Shown here: positions 58,637 to 64,000 of the stretch, one piece after another
Layout of the letters: each line of letters opens with the position of its first letter
How positions within the stretch are numbered: the first letter of the stretch is position 1
DNA from: an uncultured Gemmatimonadota bacterium
GTDB taxonomy: Bacteria > JAAXHH01
NCBI GenBank assembly: GCA_951812955.1
Contig: OX638340.1
Span: forward strand, 2,688,001 to 2,752,000
Direction of reading: 5' to 3'
Length of the DNA: 64,000 nt
Translations under genes and position numbers: made by a program
The notes under the pieces: generated by a model
The model's input: only the letters and a program-made list of their open reading frames with translations
The model's database searches: none
What the model was told of the DNA's origin: nothing

Positions 58637-59650
58637 TCATTCATCCCGCTCCCTGGACATGATCCACTCTTCATTCTTCCTTCGCCAGTCGTCTTCGTCC
58701 GTGCGCCAGTCGTTCACCTCTTCGCGCGCCCAGCGGCGCAGCGTTGCCTTCCTCCGTCTTCGGATCTGAATGAACGCGAGAAGACAAAGGACGCCGAACA
58801 GAGGTGCGACGACAAGGGTCAGGCTTTCACCGAGCAACATGCGCCAGCCGTAATTGCGTTCCATAAACGCCAGCCAGTCTCGCTCGAAACCCACGATACT
58901 CATTCCGAAGGCGTCGAAACAGGCCTGGTCGATGGAGCCGGTCCGCCTCAGGCTGTCGAACAGGGTGTGCAGTCCCGCTTCACCGTATCGCCGGAGTATG
59001 TACTGCACGGCGAGCGCGCTTTCCTGGTAGGCCAGTTGAGCCCGGTGTTCGGGGAACTTGTTCACGCCCTGGATCGCGCCCAGAGAGACCAGGTTCCCGG
59101 ATACGACGGCGACGACCAGGGACGCCCGGTCCCAGAATCCCCAGTCCCGCGCCATGTGCATCGCGAATCCCTCGTCCAGCCAGCGGGGAATGTCCGCGCC
59201 GCGAAGCGCGCTGTGCAACATCACGTGGGCCAGCTCGTGCACTACCAGTTCTTCGGAACCGTCATACGTACCGGTAATCCGGGGAGACTTGAGTACCATG
59301 AGCCTTCGGTGCGGAACGGCATAACCCGCGCCCCAATCAGGTATGGCGCCGGGTGTGTAGGTCAGGAAGGCTTCCTGCGTGGGGGCGATATGGACGTGAA
59401 TGGTATCGGCAGCGGGCAGGCCCAGCGTGGCGCGCAGATGAGGCGACGCCTCGCGCACGACGCCCAGCACGTGTTCCACGAAGGAGGAGTCGGCGGACTC
59501 GAAAGTAACACGAACGCCCATGTCGTTTCTCACGGACTGTTCAGCGCCGGCTCCGAGGCCCGGCAGCGACAAAAGCACTACGCAGGCCAATCCAAGGCAC
59601 CAGGATCGAAGACGGCCGGAATCGCGATGTGGCGCCTTGTCGACGGGCAT
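58637..59650 (-). CDS. Putative membrane-anchored zinc metallopeptidase (HExxH...E gluzincin-like)
   Basis: Signal/TM N-terminus, VVHELAHVMLH followed by WLDEGFAMH, and a C-terminal TM plus charged tail. ATG at 59650. The 146-aa N-extension in the track is an artefact that overlaps mnmA. Confidence 0.5.
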   Translation of the reverse strand: MPVDKAPHRDSGRLRSWCLGLACVVLLSLPGLGAGAEQSVRNDMGVRVTFESADSSFVEHVLGVVREASPHLRATLGLPAADTIHVHIAPTQEAFLTYTPGAIPDWGAGYAVPHRRLMVLKSPRITGTYDGSEELVVHELAHVMLHSALRGADIPRWLDEGFAMHMARDWGFWDRASLVVAVVSGNLVSLGAIQGVNKFPEHRAQLAYQESALAVQYILRRYGEAGLHTLFDSLRRTGSIDQACFDAFGMSIVGFERDWLAFMERNYGWRMLLGESLTLVVAPLFGVLCLLAFIQIRRRRKATLRRWAREEVNDWRTDEDDWRRKNEEWIMSRERDE

Positions 59651-59657
59651 AACAACC

Positions 59658-60869
59658 TCATTCGCGTATGATACCGCCTCCCAGGACCGTCTCGCCGTCG
59701 TAGAACACGACGGACTGTCCCGGTGTAACCGCCCGCTGAGGATATTCGAAAGCGACCTGCGCGACACCGGGCTCACAGGCCGTGATGACCGCGGGCGTTG
59801 CTTCCTGACGGTACCTGATCTTGGCCTGGCCGCGTACCTCGCCCACCGGGGTAACGGTGGACTGCCAGTTGACCCCGTCCGCGATGAGCCGGTCGCTGCG
59901 GAGATCCTCGTCCTCGCCCACCACGATCGTATTCGTATCGGGCTGGATGTCGACCACGTACACCGGATGTCCCGCGGCCAGGCCAAGTCCCTTCCGCTGT
60001 CCGATCGTGTAGAGCGGATGTCCCCGGTGTTCACCCAGGAAGCGGCCGTTCGTGTCCACGATCGGTCCCGGCCGTATGGGATCTTCAATGTCCAGCAGCC
60101 CTTCGTCCATTGTCACGGGGTGTTTCGCAGTCCACTCTTTGAGAAACCTCTCATGGCCCCTGTCCTGGATGAAGCAGATCTCGTAACTGTCCTTCTTGCC
60201 GGCCACCCGCGGTGCGAGACTTTCGGCGATATTCCGCGTCTGCGCCTTCGTGAGCATGCCGACGGGAAAGACGCTGCGCGCGAGCTCGTCCTGGGTCATC
60301 TCCCACAGGGCGTAGGATTGATCCTTATTTCCGTCCAGGCCCTGCTTCAGTACGTATCGGCCCGTGATTTCATCGATCGCCACCCGGGCATAGTGTCCGG
60401 TCGCCACGTAATCGGCGCCGAGCTCCGCGGCCCGGTCGAGCAGAACGCCGAACTTGACCTTGCTGTTGCAGGCCACGCAGGGATTGGGCGTGCGCCCCTG
60501 CATGTACTCGGACACGAAATTGGATATGACGCCCCGTTCGAACTCCTCGCGGAAATCCACCACGTAGTACGGGATATCGAGCCGGCCGGCCACAACCCGC
60601 GCGTCGTTCCGGTCCTCGACCGTGCAGCAGCCGTGCTCGAACCGCGCATTGCCGCCCACGCTGTCGTAGTCCCACAGGTGCATCGTGACGCCGATGACCT
60701 CGCAGCCGGCTTCCTTGAGCATCGCGGCCGCCACGGAGCTGTCCACGCCGCCGCTCATGGCCACCACGACCGTCGACCCTTTCGGCGGCAGCCGATTGAT
60801 GGACGGGTCGAAGGTTGATGCGGTGTCGAGTCCGCCGGGATCAGTAGGATTGGCGTTTGCCGGCTTCAT
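59658..60869 (-). CDS. mnmA: tRNA-specific 2-thiouridylase MnmA
   Basis: PP-loop VVVAMSGGVDSS, and CxxC and C-terminal barrel blocks. The ATG at 60869 gives a 30-aa N-extension that overlaps the iscU 3' end. The true start may be the GTG just before VVAMSGG. Confidence 0.85.
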   Translation of the reverse strand: MKPANANPTDPGGLDTASTFDPSINRLPPKGSTVVVAMSGGVDSSVAAAMLKEAGCEVIGVTMHLWDYDSVGGNARFEHGCCTVEDRNDARVVAGRLDIPYYVVDFREEFERGVISNFVSEYMQGRTPNPCVACNSKVKFGVLLDRAAELGADYVATGHYARVAIDEITGRYVLKQGLDGNKDQSYALWEMTQDELARSVFPVGMLTKAQTRNIAESLAPRVAGKKDSYEICFIQDRGHERFLKEWTAKHPVTMDEGLLDIEDPIRPGPIVDTNGRFLGEHRGHPLYTIGQRKGLGLAAGHPVYVVDIQPDTNTIVVGEDEDLRSDRLIADGVNWQSTVTPVGEVRGQAKIRYRQEATPAVITACEPGVAQVAFEYPQRAVTPGQSVVFYDGETVLGGGIIRE

Positions 60870-61254
60870 ATTCGTCTTTCGGGTTCGCGTCCTGACGGTT
60901 CCGGTAATCTTCGATTGCCGTCCGCACGCCGTCCGCGGCCATGGCGGAACAATGCATCTTGGTCGGCGGAAGTCCGCCCAGGGCATCTGCGATCGTTTTG
61001 TTTTCGATAGCTGCGGCCTGTTCGGTCGTCCTGCCGATCAACCATTCGGTGACCATGCTGCTTGCCGCAATAGAAGCGGCGCAGCCGAAGGTCCTGAACT
61101 TTGCGTCCGTGACGGTCCCGTCCGCGATCCGCAGATACAACGCAATGGTATTCCCGCTGATGGGGTTGCCCGCGTTGCCCACCCCGTCCGCGTCCGGCAG
61201 GTCTCCCACGTTGCGGGGAGAGCGAAAGTGATCCATCACGGTGGATGAGTACAT
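60841..61254 (-). CDS. iscU: Fe-S cluster assembly scaffold IscU/NifU
   Basis: The three conserved Cys and the LPPVK-like motif (GLPPTKMHCS). Confidence 0.85.
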   Translation of the reverse strand: MYSSTVMDHFRSPRNVGDLPDADGVGNAGNPISGNTIALYLRIADGTVTDAKFRTFGCAASIAASSMVTEWLIGRTTEQAAAIENKTIADALGGLPPTKMHCSAMAADGVRTAIEDYRNRQDANPKDEYEAGKRQSY

Positions 61255-61264
61255 GAGACACGCC

Positions 61265-62428
61265 TTAACCGGGTACCTGCGCTGCGGAAACTTCTCGAAG
61301 GCGGGATACGATGCCGGGCAACCTGCTCATGACGTAGTCCACGTCCTCCATGGTATTGTCGTGCCCGAAGCTGAACCGGACCGAACCGAGTGCGGTGCGT
61401 GGGTCTCGGCCCAGCGCCAGCAACACGTGGGAAGGTTCGATGGCTCCCGATGTGCAGGCCGATCCGGTGGATACGGCAATTCCCGCGAGATCCAGGCTCA
61501 TGATCAGCGAATCGCCTTCCGCGCCGGAGAAGGAAACGTTCAACGTACCGGGCAGGCGCCGTTCCGGATGCCCGTTAATCCGCACGCCGTCGATCTCGAA
61601 CCGGATGCGCGCTTCCAGGGCGTCGCGCATCTCGGACAGATTCCGGAATTCGCGTTCCCGTTCTTCGGCGGCCAGTTCGGCGGCCTTGCCCAGCCCCACA
61701 ATGCCCACGGTGTTCTCCGTGCCTGATCGCACGTCGTTTTCGTGATGGCCGCCGTGGGCCGTGGGTTCGATCTCGACCCCATTGCGGATGTAGATGGCCC
61801 CCACGCCCTTGGGACCGTAGATCTTGTGGCCTGAAAGCGAAAGGAGGTCCGCATGCATCGCCTCCACGTCGACAGGCAGCTTGCCGGCGGACTGTACCGC
61901 GTCGGTGTGGAAGCACACGCCATTGTCCCGGGCGATCCTTCCGATTTCACCCACGGGCTGGACCGTGCCGATCTCATTGTTCGCGTGCATGATGCTGATG
62001 AGTATCGTATGGTCGGTCAGGGCGTCCGCCACCTGGCCGGGATCGATCCGGCCGTATTCGTCCACGGGAAGATAGGTCACTTCGAAGCCTTCCCGTTCGA
62101 GAAACCCGCAACTGTTCAGCACGGCCGAATGCTCTATATTCGTCGTGATAATGTGCCTGCCGAACGCCCTGCGGGTGTAGGCGATGCCCTTGAGCGCCAG
62201 GTTGTCGGACTCGGTGCCGCCGCTGGTGAAATAGATCTCACTGGGTCTTGCATTCACCAGGCCGGCTACCCGGGACCGCGCCTCTTCCACGGCAGAACGC
62301 GCCTCCTGTCCGTACCGGTGTATACTCGATGCATTGCCGAACCGGACTCTGAAGAACGGTTCCATCGCATCGTACACTTCGGGTCTGACCGGCGTGGTCG
62401 CGTTATGATCCAGATAGATGCTCGCCAT
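61265..62428 (-). CDS. iscS: Cysteine desulfurase IscS/NifS
   Basis: IYLDHNATTP N-terminus, the SGHKIYGPKGVGAIYIR PLP-lysine block, and the catalytic-Cys loop SGSACTSG. ATG at 62428. Confidence 0.9.
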   Translation of the reverse strand: MASIYLDHNATTPVRPEVYDAMEPFFRVRFGNASSIHRYGQEARSAVEEARSRVAGLVNARPSEIYFTSGGTESDNLALKGIAYTRRAFGRHIITTNIEHSAVLNSCGFLEREGFEVTYLPVDEYGRIDPGQVADALTDHTILISIMHANNEIGTVQPVGEIGRIARDNGVCFHTDAVQSAGKLPVDVEAMHADLLSLSGHKIYGPKGVGAIYIRNGVEIEPTAHGGHHENDVRSGTENTVGIVGLGKAAELAAEEREREFRNLSEMRDALEARIRFEIDGVRINGHPERRLPGTLNVSFSGAEGDSLIMSLDLAGIAVSTGSACTSGAIEPSHVLLALGRDPRTALGSVRFSFGHDNTMEDVDYVMSRLPGIVSRLREVSAAQVPG

Positions 62429-62547
62429 GCAGATCATGATCTCCGGGAAAGGGTGGAATCCAGCCCGATCATCAAGCGTGCCAAACGCCCCCTGAAACCG
62501 TTGCCACCTTAGCGCCCAACGGTCTTTGAAATTAGAGATAATCCATT

Positions 62548-62622
62548 GAAATGTCAAGCGTTATCGGGGTTTCACGGCATTCGCGCATTCGGGGAATGCT
62601 TACCGTCATCGCTTGACATTTC
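62548..62622. promoter_or_regulatory. Perfect 13-bp inverted repeat pair, each arm containing TTGACA, in the divergent iscS / lipoprotein region
   Basis: GAAATGTCAAGCG at 62548-62560 and CGCTTGACATTTC at 62610-62622, about 49 nt apart. Confidence 0.4.
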
Positions 62623-62678
62623 GGTCGAAAATCAGTAGTTTTCGTGTAACGATTATCCAGACCGGACAGGAGTAGCGC

Positions 62679-63308
62679 ATGCGTGAATTGACGTATTCAG
62701 CGGGACTGCTGGCGGCCATCCTACTGACGGGATGTACCCACAGCGTTAAATTGAACCCCCAGATCGGTCCCACGGCGAGTATTGCCAAGCCGGTTGAACT
62801 GAGGGTCGGTCTCTATATCCCGGAAGATGTCAGGGGGTACGTGATTACGGACAGGCCGGACCTCGAAAAGTTCGTGTTCGAAGTCGGCGAGTCCCTCGAA
62901 TCGATCGTTACCAGGTCGGCCGAACGTGTCTTCTCTCACGTTTCGATCATGGATGCGCAGCCGACGAGCGAAGTGATCGAGGAAAGAAGTCTTGACCTGG
63001 TCGCGATCCCGAAGGTCACGTCGGCCATGATGACGCTGAATCAGGAAGAAGGTCCGTTTCAAAACGACGCCCGGGGAAGTACGCTGCTCTCGTTGGAGTT
63101 GACGTTCTACGACGCGGAGATGATCCTGTACGCCACCGTAGGGGCGTCAGGCATGGGGATCGCATCGGAACGCATGGGCTTTTTCAGCAGGGGGCAGCGG
63201 GAATACGCCGTGTCCGTCGAAAACGCTCTGACAAACCTCAGCAACGACCTGGTGCGTCAGATGTACGGCAATTACGACATCCGCAAGAAGGGCGAGGGGC
63301 CGGAATAG
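62679..63308 (+). CDS. Hypothetical lipoprotein
   Basis: Lipobox LLTGCT. AGGAG lies upstream of the ATG. Confidence 0.55.
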   Translation: MRELTYSAGLLAAILLTGCTHSVKLNPQIGPTASIAKPVELRVGLYIPEDVRGYVITDRPDLEKFVFEVGESLESIVTRSAERVFSHVSIMDAQPTSEVIEERSLDLVAIPKVTSAMMTLNQEEGPFQNDARGSTLLSLELTFYDAEMILYATVGASGMGIASERMGFFSRGQREYAVSVENALTNLSNDLVRQMYGNYDIRKKGEGPE

Positions 63309-63375
63309 CGCCGGAACCAGGCCGCGATGGACAGAATTTCGCCAGACTGACTTTCGTCAAACCCGGGTAACCTGA

Positions 63376-64000
63376 TATGGCAGGATTCTCCCGCCGAGAC
63401 CGTTGGATTTACAGTCTCTATGCCAGGTGGTGCCGATACCGCACCGCGCCGTTCAGCCTGTCCGAAATCCGCAATCGGCCGGTCCGGCTGCTTGTTTGCC
63501 TCCCGTCGAATCCCGAAGAAGCCCGTAAAGCGGTCGAAATCATCCCGGATCTGATTGCGTGTCTGGAGGCGGAGTCCGTTTCCGTGGTCGGCGAACCCGG
63601 GTCCGTTGCATATTGCGACCTGACGGATGAACGCATCAGCGTGGCACCATTGGACCGCGGCGCCCGATGGTGGTTCGGCCTGCCGTCCTCGGGGTTAGTG
63701 GACCGGTTGTCGGAAGAGGGGTTCAACCTGGCCGTCGATCTCAATCCTTGCGCTGAACTGCTTCCCGCGGTCCTGTGCCTGAGAACCGGCGCGCCGATAC
63801 GTCTGTGCCTGGACGATCCGCAACGCAGGTGCGTATTCAACGTGCAGGTCCTGCTCGCGGGAAAACATGACGGGGGCGGTAAGGACGCTGATCCGAGCGA
63901 GGCCGGTAAGGACGCCGATCCGCTGATCACGCCGGATCCTGCCCGGTCCGAAACACCCCTGGCCGGAATCGGCCCCTCTTCCGGGGACACGCCCTATGCT
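63376..64000 (+). CDS. Hypothetical protein, N-terminal part (runs off the window end)
   Basis: Open frame from ATG 63376 to the window end with varied composition. The minus-strand track ORF 63418..63990 is S/R-rich and judged antisense. Confidence 0.35.

Noticed and set aside
63418-63990. Minus-strand 190-aa ORF at the window end
   Set aside because: Its translation is S/R/G-rich. The plus strand carries a cleaner open frame from ATG 63376, so the minus ORF is judged antisense.

Overview
High-GC (about 65%) chromosomal window from a Gram-negative bacterium. LPS and peptidoglycan-recycling genes are present, and the gene repertoire resembles Gemmatimonadota, Rhodothermaeota or Acidobacteriota, but the phylum cannot be assigned from sequence alone. 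Most of the window is core metabolism and envelope genes:
- ampG muropeptide permease, and later an AmgK-like kinase plus MurU (peptidoglycan recycling).
- A copper-chaperone pair (cytochrome c-PCuAC fusion and SCO1).
- A MacB-like FtsX permease, a BNR sialidase-like protein, a phosphohexomutase, an M32 carboxypeptidase, an ATP-grasp protein and HU.
- A tRNA-Leu/tRNA-Val pair, pyrD, htpG and a family-5 ABC substrate-binding protein.
- A radical-SAM aminomutase (KamA family) next to a cluster of PLP enzymes and an ornithine-cyclodeaminase-family gene.
- A MoxR/DUF58 pair and a block of oxidoreductase, PhyH, aminotransferase and sugar-isomerase genes.
- An LPS block (PfkB kinase, heptosyltransferase, LpxL) and the iscS-iscU-mnmA operon.

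Three short AT-rich islets interrupt this high-GC background and look horizontally acquired:
1. A small protein plus an SDH-family ClpP-fold serine protease, inserted exactly between the PCuAC and SCO1 copper-chaperone genes.
2. A small acidic ORF next to the tRNAs, downstream of a two-gene operon (unknown protein plus a large calcineurin-like metallophosphoesterase).
3. A Serratia-type non-specific endonuclease with no signal peptide.

Other notable features:
- Tandem paralogs of a 651-aa polytopic membrane protein of unknown function.
- An AmgK-RapZ C-terminal-domain fusion carrying a perfect 42-bp in-frame tandem duplication.
- Gly/Asp-rich repeat insertions inside two otherwise ordinary enzymes.
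- Many 20-45 bp tandem duplications in intergenic regions.
- A near-consensus sigma70 promoter and 5'UTR hairpin upstream of htpG.
- A candidate leader-peptide attenuator upstream of pyrD.

No CRISPR array, rRNA, transposase or integrase was found. Many long antisense ORFs in the supplied track are high-GC artefacts.
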